DNA of 64,000 nt. Origin: a virus. The notes beneath the pieces were generated by a model. The model did not search any database. It saw only the letters and a program-made list of their open reading frames with translations, and was not told the DNA's origin. Both the position numbers and the translations under genes were made by a program. Location of the stretch: the IMG/VR virus record IMGVR_UViG_3300023174_000080, positions 32,001-96,000 of that record; one strand, given 5' to 3'. Of the stretch, positions 10,801 to 20,400 are shown piece after piece (position 1 is the first letter of the stretch; each line of letters begins with the position of its first letter).

Positions 10801-10816
10801 TCCAAAGAATAATTAA
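4823..10816 (+). CDS. 1997-aa virion-associated protein with N-terminal SH3b-like segment and C-terminal hydrophobic segment
   Basis: Long uninterrupted ORF with AAGGA RBS between hub-like and gp25-like genes. It has 'VEVTLLD..GYNGLWSRVYV...LGYVMTSGL' near the N-terminus, a helical Cys-dotted body and a Pro-rich hydrophobic stretch near the C-terminus. Confidence 0.6.
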   Translation: MYNLNIRKYPAFPTVATHTVVGSKFFIESQENLPAIPLVIDRNTKTLDNVEVTLLDYGLGYNGLWSRVYVHNQDGSKTLGYVMTSGLVEKPEAKLNPLFEYNPDNSLASKLVEGIDWKKATPQTSIDDEKNGCKIVVWEFPEVTDFQNVDLSEKLAEAYEKGVKFLLSEQGYSLRQKDKVNKLLYGYYAFARAEEFSIDPRPCSCLKVLVAISKRFLLSSAIDLNKKEKNEEYEDLEKTIVEEETDDQNTIEPIKFVEKKFNNFKEFKKFFCILGGTIATYNSVLEQKEWDLGEATLNFQDEFSDIKKYFKIIGQFLRLNSPKSFVTEDKIGEFIATVFAVDLESTIEKFSLQITPTDYAEWRGDLTLVINPNNYSIANIIHNLDGKQVSLNKELLTFLKNETIQNGTIVNYLLTFNPDKDGPNDNGKQILLNNWNNNNFNLFDINDSTSIKGAFSIYGGIAPFLMDTFDGQTQVFLKDKHYPSIEATPLGLDIENCITTEIQNLQDIARDKLPATAELYAKRKQKAIDEQPKIEANVFSTSLLDLSNVVDPNFRILFGIDEPPGDNKKQKFFNYVAVAQSLDWAKYLAFASQCLSKKINPNDYQEIIKKYGSAKKFIENLLLATLCNPFLTNGLKIINGFQIPTIQTNNSLQALAEAIQQGIIDLLKEVIQEGIKAALKAAADACVDDPNADYGGAAPADGEDPFEDPLSAAIDDPDLNDLLGDLFGDLKDDKGLLDDDAKQEAKDKLKNLLDDISSCLSANEFCRLLKGYSVNDEVIQFIMALAKRKFGPPLSNRFNNKDYIYRFFKTLGSKIDLTICEDILNNEVPKTANLLCDDGKLQNLRRKILEDTNLPKDAIDDLLNALKEKEKQNLEKVLGLLNSDNPFDFSKAPDLLCSILPNGQTIAPPKESYNKIIDALFDPVYTKFNEEAEEWYKTTYSLSSSAPQMMRFDEATGQFAINQQQSTGALTDLIKASFESDPEKRKKANSFDAATAIGGGGGNSGIKYPSYMFKDVFQNNNYYLNYSSNDKLSVFNFTASLNGYKQQKLDAALIGENLRNKVLQAEKPLKEAVSKLLLYFNAKFVVEVAKMIPSVTEDVAGASSVALGFMEGFKALGGIADFVRILDMYVRGNVVNLNEPVLANDLDAYYKLLGFDSAQEAAAIYSSESGVPIYYLIAKTFFDDVGQLKPDLSQLINYVTTINTGENNSINSNIELAEGLVADFLKAGNLYREVKNYYSVVLNTLVAYPNYDITLNSGLSSLEIPLNKKIILQNEEIKLGDQTNDTYTLQTYFNNNLYDIYNLEIKKNGNNHLKISETIPVSKNILSFITKELKIESLENIKKHDIYSSFINKKIKQYGKDEDCLLIETSREEAITYDTSIFDQRRIKITRKDYIQNYNNASQYIFNNIKSNILSTNAKTNKFLFLKSLATGTIPDSVIALESGSDGIPYTKFLKLVIPATQNQILCNARPHYLDIDNIKQDTKKEQQKNNCADKIIDDKIAKGLPIDPKEIEEIETDESQKIMSKGIYQLAIRLFLHDLVLRSIPVFGYYDPQTLRDEKLFCDFLSDMVEIEMRGMDNTFFRMLSNYVFKVYLKQNPLKQDEVITESKKIDLRRKALRAAVKEELKSAVLPKLAKRIDIDTNIDLINSYPKDKTIKLIDIYDDIQNFNQYIKFYNNSIYIKIIDNKLKKSTETYYIKIFQSKSSDPNKIWMDFVSTTEHDLLFKYLFPVTQYLTTISITSILATSTRKQIIDAFRDTKKKLIRIAKSVQANGRQISFDPMNPQDMENSNPLNEVWKFILTALLKTPYNIAKAFAEGTEPNLAIITTVFKLARAFEPRLPSLLIPAASIPSALLPPPIGFLPAVNPILFWIYHATLMWFDDPYKDILESSKQQFFDQLSNGNMSNVNCDDVINQDRFYLDKNNKPVTIEPISGKYDLYYGKGYEAGSLKTIEDILKDTEKQQKARADAEAKKANEKLEEEKSAIIDRRDAKNNPKNN

Positions 10817-10831
10817 TTAGAGGAAAAATAA

Positions 10832-11206
10832 ATGCAAGGTTATTCACCAAAATTACCATTATTACAAAATGAAGAAGATGGGGTTTATAGTTTAAATAAA
10901 ACAATATTAGATACCGCAAGACAAAATTTAAAAATGCTCTTATTAACAAGTCCCGGCGAAAGATTAATGGATAAAAATTTTGGAGTTGGATTAAAAAACT
11001 ATATTTTTTCTCAAGACACCCGCGATGTTAGAAGTTCCATAGAAAGTAATATTTTAAAACAAGTTTCTAGATATTTAAGTTATATTACTATTAATGAAAT
11101 AATATTTTCTGAACCTAATTCTAATGATGAAAATATATTATTTTTAACTATTAGATATAGTATTCGTACTTTAAATACAAATGACGAGTTAAATATTACT
11201 ATATAA
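10832..11206 (+). CDS. gp25: Baseplate wedge subunit, GPW/gp25 family
   Basis: 'QNLKMLLLTSPGERLMDKNFGVGLKNYIF' is the gp25-family signature (LLTxxGERxxxPxFG). Confidence 0.9.
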   Translation: MQGYSPKLPLLQNEEDGVYSLNKTILDTARQNLKMLLLTSPGERLMDKNFGVGLKNYIFSQDTRDVRSSIESNILKQVSRYLSYITINEIIFSEPNSNDENILFLTIRYSIRTLNTNDELNITI

Positions 11207-11232
11207 TCTAATTATGTTATTGAGGAAATAAC

Positions 11233-13038
11233 ATGTCTAAGAAAATAATACCTATTAAATACACAAGTAGAGATTTTCAATCTATAAAAAATGATTTAAT
11301 AGAGCACGCTAAAAGATACTACCCAGACTCTTATAAAGATTTTAATCAGGCAACATTCGGTTCTTTGATGCTAGATACTGTTTCTTATGTTGGTGATATT
11401 TTATCTTTTTATTTAGATTATCAAGCTAATGAGTCTTTTTTGGATACAGCGGCAGAATTTGAAAATATTATAAAACTTGGTAAACAAACTGGTTATAAAT
11501 TTGCTAGTGCAAATTCTTCAACTGGCGTTGCTACATTTTATATTTCCATCCCAGCTAACATAGATTCTTTGGGTCCAAATTATGATTATGCGCCAGTATT
11601 AAAAAAAGGTAGCACTTTTTCTACAAAAAATAATATAAAATTTATACTTAATGAAGATGTAAGATTCGATAATCCGCAAAATGAAAAAAGGCCAAGCTTA
11701 TTTGATCCTGTTACTGGTCGTCCGACATATTATGCTGTTAAAGCAAAAGGCAGTGTTATTTCAGGAGTAATAAGTTCGGAACAAATAACCATTGGAAGTT
11801 ACGAAAGATTTAAAAAGATTTCTTTGTCAGAATTGGATATTGTAGAAATACTATCTGTTTTTGATTCTGAAGGTAATGAATACTATGAAGTTGATTATTT
11901 ATCACAAAATATTATTTATAAATCAATTACTAATAGAGATCCAAATTCTTCCATATTAGCAAAAGAAATATTAAAGCCTATTTTAGTACCAAGAAGATTT
12001 TCTGTAGATAGAAGCCTAAGAACTACTTCATTGCAGTTTGGGGCTAGCTCAGATGTTGTAGTAGATTCAGAAAATAACATGGTTGCTGAACCAACTAACG
12101 TAGTACTAAATATATTTGGAAAAGAGTATATTTCAAATGATAATTTTGATCCAACAAAATTATTAAATAGTGATAAGTTTGGTATTGCTCCATCTAATAC
12201 AGTTTTAACTGTCACTTATAGATATAATAACTCAAATAGTCCAGTTAATTTTCCAATAAATTCTTTAAATAAAGTGATTGGACCCATTTTTGAATTTGCT
12301 AATGAACAACAATTAGATAGATTAGTATTAGAAGCGGTTAGAAATAGCCTAGAAGCCAATAACGATACTGCTTTATTAGGTGATACCGATATTATTGATT
12401 CTGATGAACTAAAGAGAAGAATTGAAAATTCGTTTTCTTCACAAAGCAGAGCGGTAACTGCTCAAGATTATATATCATTAGTATATAATATGCCAAGAAA
12501 GTTTGGTTCTGTTAAAAGAGCGGCAATATATAGAGATGATAATTCATTAAAAAGAAACTTAAATCTATTTGTTTTATGCGAAGATCAAGATGGTTTATTA
12601 ACTGCTCCTAATCAATTAGTAAAAAATAATATAAAAACTTGGTTATTACGTAATAAAATGATTAATGATACAATAGATATTTTAGATGGTAAAGTTGTAA
12701 ATTATGGTATCAATTTCGTTGCAGTTGGCAATAGCGGAATGTCAAAATATGATATTTTAAATGATGCTATTAATCAATTAAAAGCTGATTTGTCGATGAC
12801 ACCAGACTTTGGTGAGCAACTATCTATATCAAATATCTACACTAGTCTTAAAAAGGTAAATGGAATAATAGATGTTGTATCGGTAGAAATAGTACCAAAA
12901 TTATTTGATACTTATTCCGATGCACAATTTGACTTTAAGAAAAATACAACATCTGACGAAAGATATATTAATGTTCCATTAAATGTTGTCATGGAATTAA
13001 AATATCCAGATAGCGATATAAAAGGAACTATATTGTAA
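11233..13038 (+). CDS. gp6: Baseplate wedge subunit, T4 gp6/baseplate-J-like
   Basis: 'YTSRDFQSIKNDL', 'DILSFYLDYQANESFLDTA', 'LTVTYR' and 'SQSRAVTAQDY'; follows the gp25-like gene. Confidence 0.88.
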   Translation: MSKKIIPIKYTSRDFQSIKNDLIEHAKRYYPDSYKDFNQATFGSLMLDTVSYVGDILSFYLDYQANESFLDTAAEFENIIKLGKQTGYKFASANSSTGVATFYISIPANIDSLGPNYDYAPVLKKGSTFSTKNNIKFILNEDVRFDNPQNEKRPSLFDPVTGRPTYYAVKAKGSVISGVISSEQITIGSYERFKKISLSELDIVEILSVFDSEGNEYYEVDYLSQNIIYKSITNRDPNSSILAKEILKPILVPRRFSVDRSLRTTSLQFGASSDVVVDSENNMVAEPTNVVLNIFGKEYISNDNFDPTKLLNSDKFGIAPSNTVLTVTYRYNNSNSPVNFPINSLNKVIGPIFEFANEQQLDRLVLEAVRNSLEANNDTALLGDTDIIDSDELKRRIENSFSSQSRAVTAQDYISLVYNMPRKFGSVKRAAIYRDDNSLKRNLNLFVLCEDQDGLLTAPNQLVKNNIKTWLLRNKMINDTIDILDGKVVNYGINFVAVGNSGMSKYDILNDAINQLKADLSMTPDFGEQLSISNIYTSLKKVNGIIDVVSVEIVPKLFDTYSDAQFDFKKNTTSDERYINVPLNVVMELKYPDSDIKGTIL

Positions 13039-14468
13039 TGTCTATAAAAAAATATATTGCTAGTAAAGATAATACTATAACTAATGCTTTTATGGAGAAT
13101 TTAATTAAGCGTGGAACCGATGCCAATATGGGTGCATCCGATTCATTAGAAGTATTTTCTATCTACGCTCAAGCTTCAACTTCTTCTCTAGAAAACACTA
13201 GAATGCTAGTACAGTTTCCTATAAATGAGATTTCTGCAAGTAGATTCTCAGGCTCTTTACCCGCTAGCGGAAATGTATCATTTTATTTACGTTTATATAA
13301 CGTTGAACATCCTTTTTCTGTACCAAGAAATTTTACTTTAACTATTAATCCAGTTTCTAAATCTTGGGAAGAAGGCTATGGATTGGACATGGAAGGTTAT
13401 ACTGATAGAGGCTTTGTGTCTGGTTCCGGCGGTTATGGAAGCACATGGATAATGGCTGGAAGTTCATCAATGTGGTTGAATCAAGGCGGTGATTATATTA
13501 CTGGTTCAGGATATGATTACGAATACTTTTTTACTAGCGGGCTAGAAGATATAGAGCTAAATATAACCTCTTTAACCGAAAAATGGTTATCTGGTGAATT
13601 ACAAAATAATGGATTATTAATCAAACTTTCATCATCTTTAGAAGATGGTTCAAGAAAAGAAAGTTTCTATACAAAGAAGTTTTCTGCGCGAGGATCAGAA
13701 TTCTACATGCGTAGACCCTGCTTAGAAGCTCGTTGGGATCCATCTGTAACTGATGATAGAAATAACTTCTATGCTTCTAGTAGTCTATTGTCGCCAGATG
13801 ATAATAAAATGAATATATATTTTTATAATAAAATAAATGGTAAATTAAAAAACATATATTTAAATCCCATTCCAGTTGTTAAATTCTTTACTGATGACAA
13901 TTATCTTTCTGAGATAAATCCAACGTATCTTACTGTTTCCAATCCAGAAGTAGGAATTTACAAGGCTACTGTTATTTTGGATACTACCGCTTCTGCTATA
14001 TACGAAAAATGGTGTAATCCATTATTAACTTCTAGTGTATATTTCTCTAGCTCTTTTGATGTTTTAAAAAGAGAAGCAGATATTAGCAGTGAGATGAATC
14101 AATATGTAATTAATATTAAAAATATGAAGTCTTCATATATGCAAAATGAACAGGCAAGATTTAATATTTTTGTTCGTGAGCGTGATTGGCAGCCAAATAT
14201 TTACACAGTAGCATATAATAATGTAGAAAATACATCAATTCCTAATTTATATTATAAAATTTTTAGATTTAATGATAATTATACAGTAGTTGATTATTCC
14301 ACAGGTTCTATAGCATATACTAAAACTTCATATGATTCAAATGGAAATTATTTTGATTTAGATATGAATATTCTTGAAAAAGATTATGGATATGGTATAA
14401 AATTAGCTTTGTGGGATGGCGTACAATTATCAGAATTCAAAGAAACATTTAAATTTAGGGTTGATTAA
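13038..14468 (+). CDS. Virion structural protein with a DNRLRE/CBM96-like beta domain
   Basis: 'ASKDNTI...RMLVQFPI...LRLY...SWEEGYG...W....GGD...NITSLTEKWLSGELQNNGLLIK...PCLEARWD' pattern; translationally coupled to the gp6-like gene. Confidence 0.6.
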   Translation: MSIKKYIASKDNTITNAFMENLIKRGTDANMGASDSLEVFSIYAQASTSSLENTRMLVQFPINEISASRFSGSLPASGNVSFYLRLYNVEHPFSVPRNFTLTINPVSKSWEEGYGLDMEGYTDRGFVSGSGGYGSTWIMAGSSSMWLNQGGDYITGSGYDYEYFFTSGLEDIELNITSLTEKWLSGELQNNGLLIKLSSSLEDGSRKESFYTKKFSARGSEFYMRRPCLEARWDPSVTDDRNNFYASSSLLSPDDNKMNIYFYNKINGKLKNIYLNPIPVVKFFTDDNYLSEINPTYLTVSNPEVGIYKATVILDTTASAIYEKWCNPLLTSSVYFSSSFDVLKREADISSEMNQYVINIKNMKSSYMQNEQARFNIFVRERDWQPNIYTVAYNNVENTSIPNLYYKIFRFNDNYTVVDYSTGSIAYTKTSYDSNGNYFDLDMNILEKDYGYGIKLALWDGVQLSEFKETFKFRVD

Positions 14469-14470
14469 AT

Positions 14471-17400
14471 ATGTCACTTAAAGACCTCTTTAGTAATAAT
14501 TCAGGACAAGTAGTAATAAATAAATCTTTAGAAGATTTAAATAGAGAAGCGCAAACAGAAAATTATTTAGATTCTTTAATAGAAAATAACGAGAGGTATC
14601 TTCCAAACGTTGACTTTTCTGATCCTGTTAATTTTGCTAGATATGGCTCTGCTGAAAAATATTACGTAGACGGCATAAAAAATATTTATCAACATTATCC
14701 ATATGATGGTTCCAAAAAAGAAAAATTAGATTGGCGTAATCGTGCATCGCAAATAGATTTATATATATTAGATAATATCTATCCAAAATCAGTTGGTTAT
14801 GTAAATTTAAGTAGTTCTGTTTCTTTATCAACCGTTTCCGGTTTGCGTTCTTCTTCTCTACCTCAATATGTTTCTATTAAAGGCGGTCCAAATGTTTCAT
14901 CTACCGGACAATTTTCCTTATCAAACATATACGACCCAGCAAATAATCGTGAAAGTAATTTATCGATTAATGGATTTGGAAATACAGTAGAATTCTGGTT
15001 TAAAGATGAAGTATCATCTTCTAATACAAATTATAATTCTTCTTATGCATTATTTGATTTATGGAACAGCATTACTGCCTCATCAGCTGATTACTCTCGC
15101 TTAACAATAGCAAAAATAAGTGGTTCAAATAAGTTTGCCGTAACATATCGTTCCGGTTCAAGCGGTATAACAAATGAAACAATAGATTATACATTTGATT
15201 CATCTGCTTGGCATCATTATGCTTTCTCTTTCTCACCTTTTAATACAAGTGATTTATTAGTTAGCTTATATATTGATGGCGTTCTTGTAAAGTCAGAACA
15301 ATATTCTTCGTCTGCTATTTCATCAGCCAACAATAATAATGCTATAGCATATATCGGAGCCTTAAGGGCGAGTATTGTTTCTGCTGATTCTTCACATCAA
15401 GGATTGGGAGCTTCATACGGCTCTTATGATGAATTCCGCTTTTGGAAGAAATGCAGAAATCCACAAGAAATATATCGTAACTGGTTTTTATCAGTAGATG
15501 GCGGTTCTAATACTGATGATTCAAACATAGATCTAGGAGTATATTTGAAGTTCAACGAAGGCATAGTCAATACAGCCTCTGTAAGTGAAATAGATAAAAT
15601 CTGTATTGATTATTCTGGTCGTATATCGAATGGCGCATTAGTAAATTATTCAGTCGGTACAAAGATAACAAGTTCCGCAGTAGATGAATATTTTGGTGAA
15701 ACAAAAGAAGAAAAAGATATAATTATTTTCTCTTCTAATCCTCTCGTCCAACAAGCTATACAAACCTACGGTAATATAGGTTTTGCATATGATCAAACAA
15801 ACATCTCTAGTATTTATAAGAGTCTACCATCTTGGATTACAGAAGAAAATGAAAAGCAAGAGTTAGAAGATCTGCCAAGTTTAATACAAATAATTTCTAG
15901 TTATTTTGACACTTTACATATTCAAATTGAAAATGTAAATAAAATTAAAAATCTAGAGTATACTCAAGATTCAGAAAAGCCAAAACCATTCGCTAAACAG
16001 CTATTAACATCCCACGGTTTTGATAATTTAGAATTATTTACTGATACAACCTTCTTGGAAAAAGTACTTTCAAGAAATGAAAATGCACAATTTGAAAAAA
16101 ATCTCTCTGATATAAAAAATACAATTTATCAAAATATATATAATAACTTAGCTTATATTTATAAAAGTAAGGGAACTGAAAAATCACTTAGAAACTTAAT
16201 CCGTTGTTTTGGTGTTGATGATGAATTAATAAAAATTAATTTATATTCAGATAATACAAAATACGATATATCAGATAAGTTTATTTATTCCTCTGTACCA
16301 AAAAAGTTTGTAGATTTTAATAATCCAGATAGATATGATGGTTATGTATATCAAAAGAGAAAGTCCACAGATTTAACAAATACTAAATCTTATATCCCAT
16401 CTACTGATTCTGGATCAATAGTTTATATTCCTATAACAGTACAGGCTGAAGTTATATTTCCAAAACAATTACCAATAGAAAGTACCGGATACTTTACAGT
16501 AGATTTTATAACTTCTTCTTTGTTTGGTGCTCATACAGCTAATCAAAATGATTCTATTTATACTTGGGGTAATGATGAGTTTAATTTTCAAGTATATTCA
16601 ATTAGAGAAAAAGTAGGAAGTCCAAATACTTATTTCTTAGCTACTGGCTCTTTCTCTGGTAGCGGATTTGCCTTATCATCTAGCATTTATAAAGATGTAT
16701 ATGATAATCAAAAATGGAATTTTGCTTTAAAAATTAAACCAAATAAATATGATCAAGTAAATATCGCTAACGGAAGTCAAATTACGGATTATTCAGTTGA
16801 ATTCGTTGGTTATAATTCGTTGGCTGATTCTGTTGATAATGTATTTAATATTTCTACTAATATTTCTCAAAGTAATATGGTTAGTGCGTTGACAAAACAT
16901 AAGAGACTTTATGTTGGTTCACATTACCAAGACTTTGATAATACACAATTATTATGCAAAACAGATGTTAAGATTTCCTCATTAAGATTTTGGTATGATT
17001 ATTTAACTGATGAAGAAATTAAATTGCATTCTTTTGAATCAACTAATTTTGGAAGAAATAACCCAAATTGGAATCCAGATTATTTCCTTTCGATATCATC
17101 AGATAGGGTATTTACTAAATCAGATACTCTTGCCCTTAATTGGGATTTTAGTAATGTATCTTCTTCTGATTCTAACGGACAGTTTATAGTAGAAGATTTA
17201 ACTTCTGGTTCTTTACAGGAAGCATCCTCAAACGAATTTGGCTGGTTTAGCGGTTTAGTTGGTTATCAATATCCCGGCTTTGCTGATGAATTCTTAGAAA
17301 ATGATGATCAGGTAGTAAACAAAGAATATGTCTTATCAGCCAAGAAACAAAATCCAGAAATTATAAATGGTAATGATTTAATACAAACCCCAGATACCGA

Positions 17401-20400
17401 TGACGTTACTAGAATAAAAGATTCTAAAGCTATTACTTATTATTTATCAATTGAAAAGAGCATGGCTCAAGTAGTAAATGATGAAATAATGAACTGGTTT
17501 GCAACAATTAAAGGATATAATAATTTAATTGGAGAACCTGTTGAAAGATATAAAGCAGAATATTCTGGCCTTAGACAAATGCGAGAAATATTCTTTAAAA
17601 ATATTGGTAGTACATTAAATTTTGAGAAGTTCTTTGAATTTTATAAATGGATTGATTCTTCATTATCTAATATAATTGAACAACTAATTCCTCTATCGAC
17701 GAACGCTTCTACAAAAGTTAGAAACATGGTTGAAAGTCATATGTTGGAAAGAAGCAAATATGAAAATAAAACTCCAACAATTGAATTTAAGGGTGAGCCA
17801 AGATCATATCCAATTGTTTCGCATCTTCAATATAATTATAAAGAACAAGCTGCCTATCCAAATAATCTAAATTCAGAAGTGCTTATTAGTCGTTATTATA
17901 CGGATAAGCCATTATGGCTAAAGCAACGTATTCAAAGAACTGATGTTATCGTAAGTTCTTCGTTAGAGCCACAAAATGATATAGATAGAGAGATAATTCG
18001 TCAGGTTATTAATCAAAATAATATTGATAAATTACCAACCTTATTCTCTTCGGATACTGCCTATGAAGGCAGAAACGATGTAAGCCGCGTATTTACTAAA
18101 ACATATAGAATAATAGGTGATACATTATATAACTTAGAAGATACATTAACATTCGGAAACATATCTAACAATAGAATAAATTCACAATTTTTATTCGCCT
18201 CCGCAAGCGTTACTGCATCAGGCCAAGTAGTTCAGCCATTGGTTAAAAAAGGTAATTATTTAAACACATATGAGTTTGTTCAAATGTCCAGCAGAACAAA
18301 CAATAATAAATCTTTTATTGATTTAACTGGTTCTATATTTGCCGTTTCTGGTACAAATATACTAGGATTTACAGATAGAACATTACCTGTAAGAGCGGCA
18401 TACAAAAATATATTTGTTGAAAGATTTAGTGCCCCCGGTGGTCCAGAAGTATTATCACGCGGGACTTTAGATAAAAACGCAGAAGAATATTCAGCATATA
18501 ATTCATTAAATTATAGAAATTTCAGAGTTAGAAAAAATCTAAATAAATGGTTAGCAGAAACATCTAGTATTGATTCTGAAAATCCATCTTTACATAAGAA
18601 CGCTGATAACATTGCTAGATATCCCGGTGATGATAACAACTCTTATACTAATACACAAAACGATAATGCATTTATAAGTCACGCCATCCCCAGAAGCGAT
18701 TATCAATATTCATGGATTACATCTTCCATGCAATCAAATAATTTATTTAGCGGTTATTCTTCTAAATATACTAACTTAGATATACAATATACATTTGTTT
18801 CTGGAAATGTTTCTGGCTCTTCTATAGTTGATTTTGTTGGTTTGAATACAACTATTCCAAAAACAATTAATACATCATCCAATACTTTATCTTCTGTTAA
18901 CGCTGTTATAGATGTGAACAAATATTTGTCAAATATTAACGGTCCATATCAACATCCAACTTGGAAGCAAATTCGCGGTGGTGAATCTTTACTTTCAAGA
19001 GTATCTAGAAAAAATAACAAAATACTAGTACAAGATACGCCGATTTTAAAAACAAAAATTGTTAACAATGTAGTAGTTCCATATATTGAAAGAACAAGTC
19101 AAACATTTACATCATATAAAGAAATGCCAGTTTCCTATAACAAACCTATGACGCATGTTATAGATATTTCCGGCTCTGATAGTTTAATAGAAACAATCAG
19201 CACTTATGATAATAACAAGGAAAGATTCTCTAATGAACTCTTAGGTAATACTTTAGGAATTGATGCTAAAGAAACTCCTGAATATCATGATATATTGAGT
19301 AATCTTGAAAAAGGATTATTTGAACCAAAGCCGGAAATAGTAGAAATAAAATATGAAAATATGGCTTATCCAAATAATACATATGTTGGTTCAGCTGACG
19401 TTCGTTTACGCGATAATTATGAAGATTTTATCGATAATACCGGTAGTATTGTTAATGCTCGTACATTCTGGAGAGATAGTATTGATGAACGCGCAAGAGC
19501 TAGCGTAACAGAAGATATTTATGAAAATTTAAACACTTCTTATGAACAAATAAATAATGATTATTTATTTTATCCTTATAATAATGAAAACAGCAATGAA
19601 ACGATATTAATTAATCAAAATAATTGTTTTAGAGAAAGTATCTTGTCTTTAGATAGTTATATGACCAGCTCATATAGTAGTCAAAATATTGGTATTTATA
19701 TTCCGTCGAATCCAATAGCAGATGGGACATATAATAATATTGCTTTTACCAATGATGGCTATTCGTGGACAAATATGAATTTATCTATGAGTAATGATGT
19801 TAAAGCCATAGTAAGTAATGTATATAATAATGATATATACATTGGTGGATCCTTTACTTCTGTAAATGGAAATTCAGTAAGAGCAATAATAAAATGGAAC
19901 AACGGATTAACCTCTTCAGTTGGAACTATAATAAGTGGAGAAATAAATACATTAGTATCTGGCAATAATGGAATTTATGCAGGTGGAACATTTGTTACAA
20001 GCACTGGGCAAAGTAGAATAGCTAGATGGGATGGAACTGCTTGGAATAATGTTGGAAGCGGTTTAAGTAATACGGTTTTAACATTATTCAGTGCCAGTAG
20101 CGGTTTATATGCTGGAGGTATATGGACTACTAATACCGGTTCTCGTATAGCTAAGTTTGACGGAATAGCTTGGAGTGCAATTGGTGGAGGTATATCTGAT
20201 CAAGTTTATAGTATATTTTCTAATAGTTCTGGTTTATATGCTGGTACCAGAACGACGGCTAGAAATGGCTATTTAACTAAATATAATACTTCTACTTTAA
20301 CTTGGAATTCACTTGGAAGCGTTGGTACAGTTTATTCTATTACTCAAGGACCAACAACAACTAATTTATATTTAGGGATTGACTCTACTTCTTATTATGG

